Shown here piece after piece: positions 18,864 through 28,287 of a stretch of 64,000 nucleotides of DNA. Below the pieces are notes generated by a model. The model saw only the letters and a program-made list of their open reading frames with translations. It was not told the DNA's origin and searched no databases. Every line of letters begins with the position of its first letter. Position 1 is the stretch's first letter. The position numbers and the translations under genes are program-made. Source of the DNA: a virus. The DNA is taken from positions 30,400 to 94,399 of the IMG/VR virus record IMGVR_UViG_3300027746_000644. One strand, written 5' to 3'.

Positions 18864-21120
18864 TAACTTGCAGGCAGTATTTGAAAAGGCTTTAGAAACT
18901 GCTAAAAAACTGCATCATGAATATTTGACAATTGAACATATTTTTCTATCCATGCTAATGGAAGAATCCTTTGTTAGTTGTTTACAAAGTTTTGGTTCAA
19001 ATCCTGAAACTATGAAGTCAGAATTGACCGATTATTTAAAAAATAAATGCAGTGAAATTACTGTACAAGATGTAGTTGTTAAGCCTAAGAAAACTCAAAG
19101 TGTTGAACGTGTACTTAATCGTGCATTTACTCAAGTGCTGTTCAACGGCAGGCAACGCATCGAACCCACTGATGTTTTTGTAGCCATGATGGGTGAAAAA
19201 CGCAGTTGGGCATACTTTTATATTTCAAAAGCTGGCATTGATAGAGATAAGTTTGCTGACTTCTTAAACAATAGTTCCGATGAACCCGAAGAAGACCAAC
19301 AAGAAAGTAGTGGACAGCCAAGTAAAGCACTACAGGCATTTACTACAAATTTAAACGTTCAAGTAGAAAAAAATAAAATTGATCCAGTTATTGGTCGCGT
19401 TGACGAATTAGAAAACATTGCTCTTGCAATGGGTCGTCGTAACAAAAATAATGTCATCCTAGTTGGTGATCCGGGTGTAGGTAAGACTGCTATAGCAGAA
19501 GGACTAGCCTATAATATTGTTAAAGGTGCAGTTCCGGACTTTCTAAAAGATTATACTGTTTATAATTTGGATATTTCAGCTATGTTGGCTGGATCCAAGT
19601 ATCGCGGCGATTTTGAAGAAAGATTCAAAGCAGTTATCAAAGCTCTTCAAAAGAAAGGCAAGACTGTGCTGTTCATCGACGAGGCACACATGATCTCTGG
19701 CGCAGGATCTGCTGGTAACTCAGCTAACGATCTCGCTAACATGATGAAACCGGCTCTAAGCAAAGGCAACATTAAAGTTGTGGCCAGTACTACTTGGGAA
19801 GAATATCGCAAACACTTTGAAAAGGATCGTGCGTTGATGCGACGATTCCAACGTATCACTGTTGACGAACCTACTTTAGAAGTAACATTACAAATCCTCA
19901 AAGGTATTAAAAAGTATTACGAAGGTTTTCACAATGTTAAGATCAAAGACGATGCATTACATTCAGCAATCAAACTAAGTGTAAAATATCAAACAGATAA
20001 GAAACTTCCAGATAAGGCAATTGATTTGATTGACTTGGCTTGTAGTCGTTTCAATCTTAAACTTGCAGATGAGCGTGTTATTACTGAACGTGAAATTCAA
20101 TACGAACTTGCCAAGATGGTTCAAATACCCGAAGAGCAAGTTTCAGAAACTGAAAGTGCAAATATTTCCAAGTTACAAGATAATGTCAGTGCAGATGTGT
20201 TTGGACAAGAGTCAGCTGTTGGAGAAATAGTGGATAAAATTATTGTTGCTCAAGCTGGACTCAAGAGTGAAAACAAACCCGTTGGTTCTTTTGTGTTCAT
20301 GGGGCCAACTGGTTGCGGTAAGACTGAAACTGCCAAGAGTTTGGCCAAGCACTTGGGTGTTAAACTATTGCGCTTTGACATGTCAGAGTACCAAGAGAAG
20401 CACAGCATTTCCAAACTAATTGGATCACCTCCGGGTTATGTGGGCTTTGAAGAAAATGCTGGCTTGTTGATTACTCAGATTCAAGAAAATCCCAATGCTG
20501 TGCTGTTGTTTGACGAAGTTGAAAAGTCACATCCAGATGTGTCAACTGTGTTGTTGCAAATTATGGACAATGGATTTATTACTGGTTCAAATGGTAAAAA
20601 AGCCGACTGCCGCAACATTGTGTTAATTCTTACTACAAACGCAGGTGCTCAGGATGCTGATAAGAACACAATTGGATTTGGCGCACAGGAAAAAGACTAC
20701 AGTGATAAAGATTTGAAGAAGTTTTTTACTCCTGAATTCCGTAATCGTTTAGATGCAGTTATTACCTTTAACAAACTTAATAAAGAAACAATGGTCAAAG
20801 TTGTTACCAAGTTCATAGACGAGTTGCGTGAGCAAGTTAAAGACAAGGGCATCCGCATTAAAATTAACAACGAAGCTACTAACTGGCTGATCGCCAAAGG
20901 CTTTGACAGCAAGATGGGTGCTCGTCCACTGCAACGTGTTATTGACAAGGAAATCAAACGTGACCTTGCTCGCATGATGTTGTTTGGCGATTTGAAGAAC
21001 GGTGGTTGGTTAACTATCTCTATTGATGATGATAAAATATCATTAGTGGCCAAAAGTAAAGCTTCTAAAGTTCCAATGCTGGCTATTGAAAATAACGAAA
21101 ATGCAGTTCAAGCAAACTAA
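18847..21120 (+). CDS. clpA: ClpA-type AAA+ unfoldase
   Basis: Clp N-domain, two AAA modules (GDPGVGKT, GPTGCGKT), IGF ClpP-docking loop, GARPL. Confidence 0.93.
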   Translation: MVEPSDNLQAVFEKALETAKKLHHEYLTIEHIFLSMLMEESFVSCLQSFGSNPETMKSELTDYLKNKCSEITVQDVVVKPKKTQSVERVLNRAFTQVLFNGRQRIEPTDVFVAMMGEKRSWAYFYISKAGIDRDKFADFLNNSSDEPEEDQQESSGQPSKALQAFTTNLNVQVEKNKIDPVIGRVDELENIALAMGRRNKNNVILVGDPGVGKTAIAEGLAYNIVKGAVPDFLKDYTVYNLDISAMLAGSKYRGDFEERFKAVIKALQKKGKTVLFIDEAHMISGAGSAGNSANDLANMMKPALSKGNIKVVASTTWEEYRKHFEKDRALMRRFQRITVDEPTLEVTLQILKGIKKYYEGFHNVKIKDDALHSAIKLSVKYQTDKKLPDKAIDLIDLACSRFNLKLADERVITEREIQYELAKMVQIPEEQVSETESANISKLQDNVSADVFGQESAVGEIVDKIIVAQAGLKSENKPVGSFVFMGPTGCGKTETAKSLAKHLGVKLLRFDMSEYQEKHSISKLIGSPPGYVGFEENAGLLITQIQENPNAVLLFDEVEKSHPDVSTVLLQIMDNGFITGSNGKKADCRNIVLILTTNAGAQDADKNTIGFGAQEKDYSDKDLKKFFTPEFRNRLDAVITFNKLNKETMVKVVTKFIDELREQVKDKGIRIKINNEATNWLIAKGFDSKMGARPLQRVIDKEIKRDLARMMLFGDLKNGGWLTISIDDDKISLVAKSKASKVPMLAIENNENAVQAN

Positions 21121-21733
21121 AAAGTTATTTTACGGAAAATATCAATACAAAATTGTGTTGGTATTTTCTGGTGCCCATTTATTTAGAGGCGCACCAAGTG
21201 ATGTTATCGCTGACCGTATAAAACATGTAAAATTAGAAACTGATATATATGCTAGAAAACGCTGGACTATAAAAACCGAAGAAGAATTAAAATATGCAGT
21301 TAAATTAGAACATGCGCTTTCCAATTTAGAAAACTTTGAGTTGCGTGTTGAAACGCCATGGGTTACCATATACACCAACAATAAAAAAGATGTTGACAAG
21401 TTATCAAACTTGGATAAATCCCGTGTAAAGTACATCTGCGAACCCTTAAAAGGCACAACTTTAGAAGAAAACACAGTTATCTTACCTAAAATAAAGTACG
21501 ATTACAGAGTAACACTGGGCAAGACTTCACAAGAATACAGCACCTTTATCACGTGGGCCAACACTAATTCCAAAATAAAACTGACTAAATCCTGCAAAAC
21601 TGAACTGTTAAGAAATACCAGTTGGGGCGGCAGTTACTTTTATATAACGGGTGATAATAACCTACTTATGGCCAAGATGCATCTCTGCGGTGCAATTTCC
21701 AAAGTTGAGCGGGTCGTTAACGAGAAAGCCTAA
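21101..21733 (+). CDS. Hypothetical protein
   Basis: ORF overlaps the clpA end; ATG 21101 preferred over TTG 21086. Confidence 0.65.
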   Translation: MQFKQTKKLFYGKYQYKIVLVFSGAHLFRGAPSDVIADRIKHVKLETDIYARKRWTIKTEEELKYAVKLEHALSNLENFELRVETPWVTIYTNNKKDVDKLSNLDKSRVKYICEPLKGTTLEENTVILPKIKYDYRVTLGKTSQEYSTFITWANTNSKIKLTKSCKTELLRNTSWGGSYFYITGDNNLLMAKMHLCGAISKVERVVNEKA

Positions 21734-21817
21734 ACACTAATTGCGTTTTACGATAAATACTCTAAAGGCGAGCATGTGTCGCTATACATGTAATTTTTGT
21801 TAAAACCGGGCTTTATA

Positions 21818-22189
21818 ATGCGTATACGTGAACTATTAGAAAATAAATTCTTTAAAGATTTAGATTTTGTTAAATCTACCGAAAATGGGCGAGAACTTGA
21901 CTATGACTTAGTAGAAGACTTGACCCATTTCATGAATCATGACGATGATGTGTATCGCCGCCATGTTTACCCAAGTATTGCCAACTGTTTGGATCGTGCC
22001 AACAACAAGCGTTCAATAAATCCTGACATTTTTAAACCAGCTGTTGTGAGTAGCTATAAACTGTACGTTAAAAAATTCCCAATACGCGAGCTACCTGAGT
22101 CGTTAGACGAAAAAACTGTTACCAGTGTTTGCAAAAAGATGCAGGAAGACTTTAAGCAACACCTGGCTGATGGCAAGTACAAGGACTAA
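21818..22189 (+). CDS. Putative internal head protein
   Basis: Starts MRIRELLE, downstream of a TAAATA box at 21754. Confidence 0.55.
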   Translation: MRIRELLENKFFKDLDFVKSTENGRELDYDLVEDLTHFMNHDDDVYRRHVYPSIANCLDRANNKRSINPDIFKPAVVSSYKLYVKKFPIRELPESLDEKTVTSVCKKMQEDFKQHLADGKYKD

Positions 22190-22191
22190 TT

Positions 22192-23406
22192 GTGCTATTA
22201 AGAGAATTGTTTTTACGTGAAGCTGTTGAACCTGTCAAAGCTAAAGTTGGCAGAGCATTCAACCACGTGGAAGATTTAACGTTCTTGCATGGCACTGCTG
22301 GTGTAATCAAGGCACTTGAACATATACGCAAAGCAGGAACAGTGAGTTCAGAAAATACTAGATTTAAATGGGACGGTGCTCCTCAAATCTATTGGGGCTA
22401 TACCAAAGACGGCCAGTTTATCCTATGCGGGCACAACGGATGGAGTCGTGGCGGAACAGGTACCAGTGATGTGAGTGACTTTACCAGTGTGCGTGGCATT
22501 TACAATTTTATTTTAAACAAAAGTGGAGATGCAGGCAGCGATCCTGCAAAACAAGCAGAGCGCCAACAATTTGCTACAGAATTTAGTCACTTGTATGAAA
22601 TTTTCAAAGCCGCTACTAAAGTTCCAAGAAAAGGCAAAGAAATTTATTTTTATGCAGATGGATTGTTTACAACTCCTCCTGAAGAAGTAAATGGTGTATA
22701 CGAGCTAAATCCCAATTTAAAAAGTCAAACACAATATCATATAGCTACTAATACAGCATTGGGCACAAGAATTGCAGAAGGTGCCCAGGCTATGGTTGCG
22801 GCGCATGGTAGTTTTGATAATTTTGGTGCTGGCGACAGTGCGCAAAAGCCAGTTAAAGATTTCACAACGTACATGATGCCAACCACAGAGTTGATTGTGC
22901 TGAGTCCTTATTATGCCAAAGTACAACCAAAATTAGATACCAAAGCTATTGATAAAATTGAAATGGATCTTGGCAAAGATAAAGCAACCATTGATGCGTT
23001 CTTATCGCCTATTCCAAAAGTATCAAATTTCAAAGGCATTATATATCGTTACATGAACGAAAAATCTAAAGCAGGACAGTTGGCTAATGTAGGTGACGAT
23101 TTTATGACTTGGGTTGATTTAGGTGCAAGTGGCATGGTTAAATCAGACAGCATGAAATTAAATATTAGATCTCGTATAGATGCAGTACCGGCTGGCGTTA
23201 CTACTATTTTCAATTATGTTAAACGAATTATGAATTTAAAAAATCAACTGCTATCACAGTTAGAAATGAGTCCTCCAGAAATCAAAGTTATCAACTCCGA
23301 AGGTTGGGTACAGTATGACGCCGCAGGAGATATGCATACCAAATTTGTTCCAAGAGACAATGTTCAACATAATAGCGGAGAAATATTGCCAAGGTGGGTA
23401 CCATGA
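22192..23406 (+). CDS. Ligase-like covalent nucleotidyltransferase (DUF6267-like), putatively capsid-packaged
   Basis: NHVEDL, KWDG (motif I-like), ADGLF, EGWV and KFV (motif IV/V-like); N-terminal MLLRELFLRE|A. Confidence 0.55.
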   Translation: MLLRELFLREAVEPVKAKVGRAFNHVEDLTFLHGTAGVIKALEHIRKAGTVSSENTRFKWDGAPQIYWGYTKDGQFILCGHNGWSRGGTGTSDVSDFTSVRGIYNFILNKSGDAGSDPAKQAERQQFATEFSHLYEIFKAATKVPRKGKEIYFYADGLFTTPPEEVNGVYELNPNLKSQTQYHIATNTALGTRIAEGAQAMVAAHGSFDNFGAGDSAQKPVKDFTTYMMPTTELIVLSPYYAKVQPKLDTKAIDKIEMDLGKDKATIDAFLSPIPKVSNFKGIIYRYMNEKSKAGQLANVGDDFMTWVDLGASGMVKSDSMKLNIRSRIDAVPAGVTTIFNYVKRIMNLKNQLLSQLEMSPPEIKVINSEGWVQYDAAGDMHTKFVPRDNVQHNSGEILPRWVP

Positions 23407-24497
23407 AGTTAAGAGAGATGTTTGAAGGTGAGCAACCAGCCAATAGTGTAAAAACTATTGGAATTTCTTTTGGACGATTTAATCCTCCGCACAAAGGCCA
23501 TGCGGGTGTATGGAAAGCCGCTAGTAAAAATCCTATTTGGTATGTTGGTACTAATGACAGCACATCCGGTCCAAAAGATCCCTTGCCATATGACGTTAAA
23601 TTACAATGCATGGCCGCAGTGTTTCCAGCAGTTGCAGGGCATGTGGTTCCTGAACAAGGTCTATTAACATTGGCAACCAGTGTTTACAACAAGTACGGTG
23701 AGAATGTGCATTTGAAAGTGTACACTGACGAGTCATGACTAGCTGATGTACTGGTCAAATACAACGGTGCTGAAAGCGAACACGGCATGTACAAATTTAA
23801 ACATATCGAACATGTGGCAACAGAACGATTGGCAAGTGCAACTGATTTACGATCAGCTGTTAGATCAGGTAATCGTAAAGAATTTTATCGTGACATGGGA
23901 GTTAATCCCAGTGTAACTGTTGAAGTTGATGGAGAAGACAAGCCTATATTTGATGTAGTTGCTCATTATCTAAATCAATATCCAGAGAAAGCAAAACGTG
24001 CAGTTAAAGCAAAAGAAGATGCCGCTGGTGTTGGCATTATTACAACACAAAATACTACAGTTGATGTGAATAAAAATACTCCTAATAAAAATCTTCGTGC
24101 TTTTCGATTAGAAGAACAAATTAAAGAAATGACTGCAATGATTGAATCGTCTCAAGCCAAGATGACAAAACGTCAACAGCAACCAACTCGAGGTGTTAAC
24201 ACTTATGGTGATAGCGAGCATATGAGCGGTGATTATACTGCATATCGTTTAGGTATGGCAGTTGCTGGTGCTAATGGTAAAGATCCAATTGAAATGAAGG
24301 CTAAGAGTTGGATTGGTAAAAGTAAATCTACTCATCCTTATACTCAAGAAGAACAAGACATGTTAAAACAAGCATACAAAGTTGTCGGTGCTGAATATCA
24401 AGACACAAATAAAGGTGACATGAAGAGCCGAGAATTAGATTCTACACATAAAGTTAGTCCTGTGGCCAAGCCTAAACGAAACAAATACGGAGTATAA
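23403..24497 (+). CDS. HIGH-class (cytidyltransferase-like) nucleotidyltransferase interrupted by one in-frame TGA at 23736-23738 (readthrough or pseudogene)
   Basis: FGRFNPPHKGH motif; ORFs 23394-23738 and 23787-24497 share a frame with a single stop between them; the SATDLR (KMSKS-equivalent) segment lies after the stop. Confidence 0.7.
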
Positions 24498-24498
24498 C

Positions 24499-24936
24499 GT
24501 GGACGAAAAATATCACTTAGCATTAAAAACAACATTTGCCAGCGAATATGCATTTGCTATCAAAGCGCAGAATTTTCATTGGAACGTAGAAGGTCCATTG
24601 TTTGTGCAACTACACGATTTGTTTGAACGCATTTATACAGAAGTATACGGAAGCATTGACACGTTTGCAGAAGAACTACGTGCTTTACAAATATACACTC
24701 CTGCTAGTTTATCCAAGTTCAGTATGCTGACTAAGGTTGAAGATGAAAATTCAGTTCCTGAATTTCAAGACATGTTACGTGAACTGTTAGCTGATAGTGA
24801 TAAAATGGCCAATATGTTTAAGATAGTGTTTGCCATGTCTGAAGAAGCCGGCGATCACGGACTAAGCGACTTCTTAGCAGGTCGTCAAGATGCACATAAG
24901 AAGCATAGCTGGATGTTAAGGGCAAGTTTAAAATGA
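24499..24936 (+). CDS. dps: Dps/ferritin-like protein
   Basis: NFHWNVEGPLFVQLHDLFERIY...DTFAEELR...KHSWML; GTG start. Confidence 0.9.
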   Translation: MDEKYHLALKTTFASEYAFAIKAQNFHWNVEGPLFVQLHDLFERIYTEVYGSIDTFAEELRALQIYTPASLSKFSMLTKVEDENSVPEFQDMLRELLADSDKMANMFKIVFAMSEEAGDHGLSDFLAGRQDAHKKHSWMLRASLK

Positions 24937-25220
24937 AACAATATAGGATCACTACACAGGATTTGAATCAAAGTGCAGACGACGATTGTTATCTTGATCC
25001 TGATGATCCTATACACGAATTAAAAGCATTAGCTGGGTTAGGCGGGTTAGGCGGTGAAGCAAGATTGCATGAATATCGTGCTGGCTTAGGCAGTAACATC
25101 AGCGTGACTGGTGATAACAACGGCGAGATACAGCGTAAGAATAATATTAAACCAGGAACTCCTGAATGGTTCAAGTTATGGTTTAGTTTACCATACATGA
25201 CTGGGGAGAAGAAATTATGA
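24933..25220 (+). CDS. Hypothetical protein
   Basis: ATGA overlap; IKPGTPEWFKLWF motif. Confidence 0.65.
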   Translation: MKQYRITTQDLNQSADDDCYLDPDDPIHELKALAGLGGLGGEARLHEYRAGLGSNISVTGDNNGEIQRKNNIKPGTPEWFKLWFSLPYMTGEKKL

Positions 25221-25828
25221 AAATGACGGATTTAGATGCAAGTGTTAAACAAGATATAGTAGAAAGTGAAAAGAAAGGACTATACTACTATGTGAACAAA
25301 CGTAAAAAAGCAGGCACTAGCAGAGATGCTGATAGTCCCAAAGCACCCACCGCACAGGCTTGGAAAGATGCGGCCACGACTGCCAAGAAGGAAGGTGTAT
25401 CAGAAATGCGTGATCGCAGAGATTCAGTTCAACGAGATTATGACTCCAGCATTGCTGGAATGGACGGCAGTGACAAGCGTGAATTCAAACGTCGTGAAAT
25501 GGAGCACGAGTTGGGGCACGAAACCAACAACTATGCTGTCAGCATCAATGGTAAAACATGGAAAGTGTTTGGTTCACGTCAAGAAGCCAACCGCGTGTCA
25601 AATGCCATGGAACGTAAATATCCAGACAAAAAGATTGGTGTACACGCAACAGGCGCTGAAATTAGTGAATCAGCCACGCTGGGTGCTACAAGTGCGGCCA
25701 ATGTGGGAGTAGGTGCAATATACAAGAACAAACCAGTGAATCAGCCCAAAAACAAAAACGGCACTGCTAAAAATGCCCTTGATATGAAGGGTGCCAACCT
25801 ATTGGGCGGCGGCAGCATCAAAAGATAA
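25217..25828 (+). CDS. Putative internal head protein (modular)
   Basis: IVE|S, VSE|M and ISE|S sites separate short modules. Confidence 0.55.
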   Translation: MKMTDLDASVKQDIVESEKKGLYYYVNKRKKAGTSRDADSPKAPTAQAWKDAATTAKKEGVSEMRDRRDSVQRDYDSSIAGMDGSDKREFKRREMEHELGHETNNYAVSINGKTWKVFGSRQEANRVSNAMERKYPDKKIGVHATGAEISESATLGATSAANVGVGAIYKNKPVNQPKNKNGTAKNALDMKGANLLGGGSIKR

Positions 25829-25855
25829 ATATTACAAGTTAACGGAGTTACAAAC

Positions 25856-27349
25856 ATGTCAGATCAAATGAACCCAATGGGACCAGCAGAGCCAGAAATC
25901 ATGTCGCAAGACGCGGAAAATGTAATTGGATTACAACCCGGACAGTCCGATCGCGAAGGTGCAATGGCCAAAGCTGATTTATACAAAATTGCAAACTATT
26001 CACACAAGCTGTTTAAACAGATTGATGATCAAGATCAGATGGAAGCCTGGGTACAAGCTAAAATTACCAAAGCCGCTGACTATATTGCATCCGTTTATCA
26101 CTATCTTGAATACGAAATGAAGTTTAGTCAGTATGGCCAAGCTCTAGAAGACAGCGAAGTTTACAGTGAAAGCCAAAAGCGTATTATTAATAATCGCTTG
26201 ATGGAAGCTAAATCCAAAGTTAAAGAACTTAAAAAAGCTCATGCTGGCAAAATTAAGGCTGATGCCGACGACAAAATTGCCGAAGGCATATTGAGTGGCG
26301 GACATCGTGAATGTACAGAATGTGGCGGCAGTGGCATGGTGTACGAAGAGCCAAAAGCAATTCCGGATCACGTTAAAGGCAAAGTTGAAAAGTACAATCG
26401 TCAAGCCAAAGCATTTCATGCTGCCAGTAAACGTATAGACGCTAACAAGAATGGCATTCCAGACGACGAAGAAATGGAAGAAGGATTTGAAGCAGATGCC
26501 AAAGTTGGTTCTACAAAGAAAACCCCCACTGGCGAATTAACTAAAACTGATACCGGTGTCAAGCATACCAATACCAGCTACAAAGATGACGGCGACGAAT
26601 TGGATTCTATTGCCAAATCAGGCAAAGGTGTTAAGAGTCATGCTAAAGCACAAAGTGCCGCTGAGAAGAAAGATCGTGCTCCAGCACAAAAGCAAAGTCC
26701 AAAAAGTGCCAAGACATGGGGCATGAAAGACAGCGAGAAGTTTGACAATAGAGATGGTGCTCCTGCCAAGCCAAAGAAAGAAAAAGAAGCTGAACTAGAT
26801 GAATCATTAAAAGGCGGCCAGAAAAAATTAGATGCTAACAAAAATGGCAAGTTAGAAAAAGACGATTTTGCCAAGTTACGTGCTGGCAAAGTTAAAGAGT
26901 CGGCAACAGACAAAAAATGTAATCATACAGACAAGGGTGAGAAGTGTCCAGTACACGGTCTAAAAGAGTGCGGTATGTACGAAGCCGCCAAACCAAGTGC
27001 AGGACTAAGCAAGGCTAAGAAATCAGCAGTTGTTAAAGATGCCAAAGCAGGTAAAGATCTTGGTAAGCCTGGAAAAGGGTTTGACAAGCTAGCCAAGAGT
27101 GCAGGTGGTGGTGAGAAAGGCGAGAAGATTGCCGCTGCCGCTATGTGGAAAAACATCAAAGAAACTACTGCATACATTGCTGAAAAGAAAGCCAAAACAG
27201 ACTGGGATAAAGACGGCAAAAAGGAATCTGAACAAGAAGAACATGCCGGTGTTGTAGACAAAGCTATCAAAGCTAATAAAAAAGAAGTAGTAAAAGAATC
27301 AGCTGACTTGGCTCGTATGAAACAATTCTTAACACGTTTAAACGGTTAG
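25856..27349 (+). CDS. Putative internal head/scaffold-like polyprotein
   Basis: Highly charged, many hydrophobic-x-E|S/G/A sites, Zn-knuckles and DxNxNG motifs. Confidence 0.6.
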   Translation: MSDQMNPMGPAEPEIMSQDAENVIGLQPGQSDREGAMAKADLYKIANYSHKLFKQIDDQDQMEAWVQAKITKAADYIASVYHYLEYEMKFSQYGQALEDSEVYSESQKRIINNRLMEAKSKVKELKKAHAGKIKADADDKIAEGILSGGHRECTECGGSGMVYEEPKAIPDHVKGKVEKYNRQAKAFHAASKRIDANKNGIPDDEEMEEGFEADAKVGSTKKTPTGELTKTDTGVKHTNTSYKDDGDELDSIAKSGKGVKSHAKAQSAAEKKDRAPAQKQSPKSAKTWGMKDSEKFDNRDGAPAKPKKEKEAELDESLKGGQKKLDANKNGKLEKDDFAKLRAGKVKESATDKKCNHTDKGEKCPVHGLKECGMYEAAKPSAGLSKAKKSAVVKDAKAGKDLGKPGKGFDKLAKSAGGGEKGEKIAAAAMWKNIKETTAYIAEKKAKTDWDKDGKKESEQEEHAGVVDKAIKANKKEVVKESADLARMKQFLTRLNG

Positions 27350-27353
27350 TAGT

Positions 27354-28286
27354 ATGCGTATAACTGATGTTGAACCAGGATTTATTTTTGAAGGTGAAAA
27401 TCCTCAATACGCTCAACTAACACAGTTGTTACAGACTGCTCGCGAGCCTTGGGAAAGAAATCAAATCAAATGGCGTATTGAAAATCTACGTAGTTCTGAA
27501 GCCTTGGCGGGCGAGCCTGGTGGAGGTAACGGGGCGCCGTTGGATTCGCAAGGAAACTATATTCCAGTATTGCCTACTAAAGAATGGATGGCTAAAAATC
27601 CAAGTATTGTTAAAACATTGCCTAACGATTGCTTACCTCCAAATATGCAGAAACCTGGAGTATTAGATAAGATTAGCAATGCTATTGGTAAAGGTGCTGA
27701 TGCTGTTTTTAACTGGGCTGATAAACAGCCTAACAGCAGAACAAATCTTGAAAGAGACAAACAACAAAATCGCGACGATGCAAATGGTGTAATGAGAGAA
27801 GGTGCTGATCAAGATTTAGGAAATGGATTTACTTTAACAACTACTGAATTTGAAGGAAAGACAGTGCCAGCTGTACTTGATACACAAGACAAAATATATT
27901 GGATTGAAAATAACACAGGTAGTAGAAACTACGGTATGTCTTCATATATAAAAATTCAAAATGGAAAAGCGGACGGCGGAAGGCCAGGAAATCAAACCTT
28001 AGCCGCAATAAAAGCCGCAGGATGGAACGTACCCGAAACTCGCCAACGCGAACCTCGACCAGAACCTGCTCCATCTGCGCCATTTGTTCCTAAAGATTAT
28101 CAAACTGGAGAACCACTGACAAAAGGTCAAGATGGTAAGTGGTACAACAAAGCAGGACAAGAACGCGACAACTTGCATGGCGGGCCAATAATGCCCGGCG
28201 GTACTGCACAGTTTAGAAGTTTAAAAGAAAATTCAGAATTAACTCGCATTAAAGATATAACCAGCAGAGTATTAAAAGGTCAATAA
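27354..28286 (+). CDS. Putative internal head protein
   Basis: IFE|G, MRE|G, C-terminal LKE|NSELTRIK. Confidence 0.55.
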   Translation: MRITDVEPGFIFEGENPQYAQLTQLLQTAREPWERNQIKWRIENLRSSEALAGEPGGGNGAPLDSQGNYIPVLPTKEWMAKNPSIVKTLPNDCLPPNMQKPGVLDKISNAIGKGADAVFNWADKQPNSRTNLERDKQQNRDDANGVMREGADQDLGNGFTLTTTEFEGKTVPAVLDTQDKIYWIENNTGSRNYGMSSYIKIQNGKADGGRPGNQTLAAIKAAGWNVPETRQREPRPEPAPSAPFVPKDYQTGEPLTKGQDGKWYNKAGQERDNLHGGPIMPGGTAQFRSLKENSELTRIKDITSRVLKGQ

Positions 28287-28287
28287 C

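Noticed and set aside
23736-23738. Genome-wide stop-codon reassignment (TGA=Trp or TAG=Gln)
   Set aside because: TGA ends many genes in ATGA overlaps, TAG ends others (12486, 27349, 40702), and long genes are intact in code 11. Only this one internal TGA was seen.
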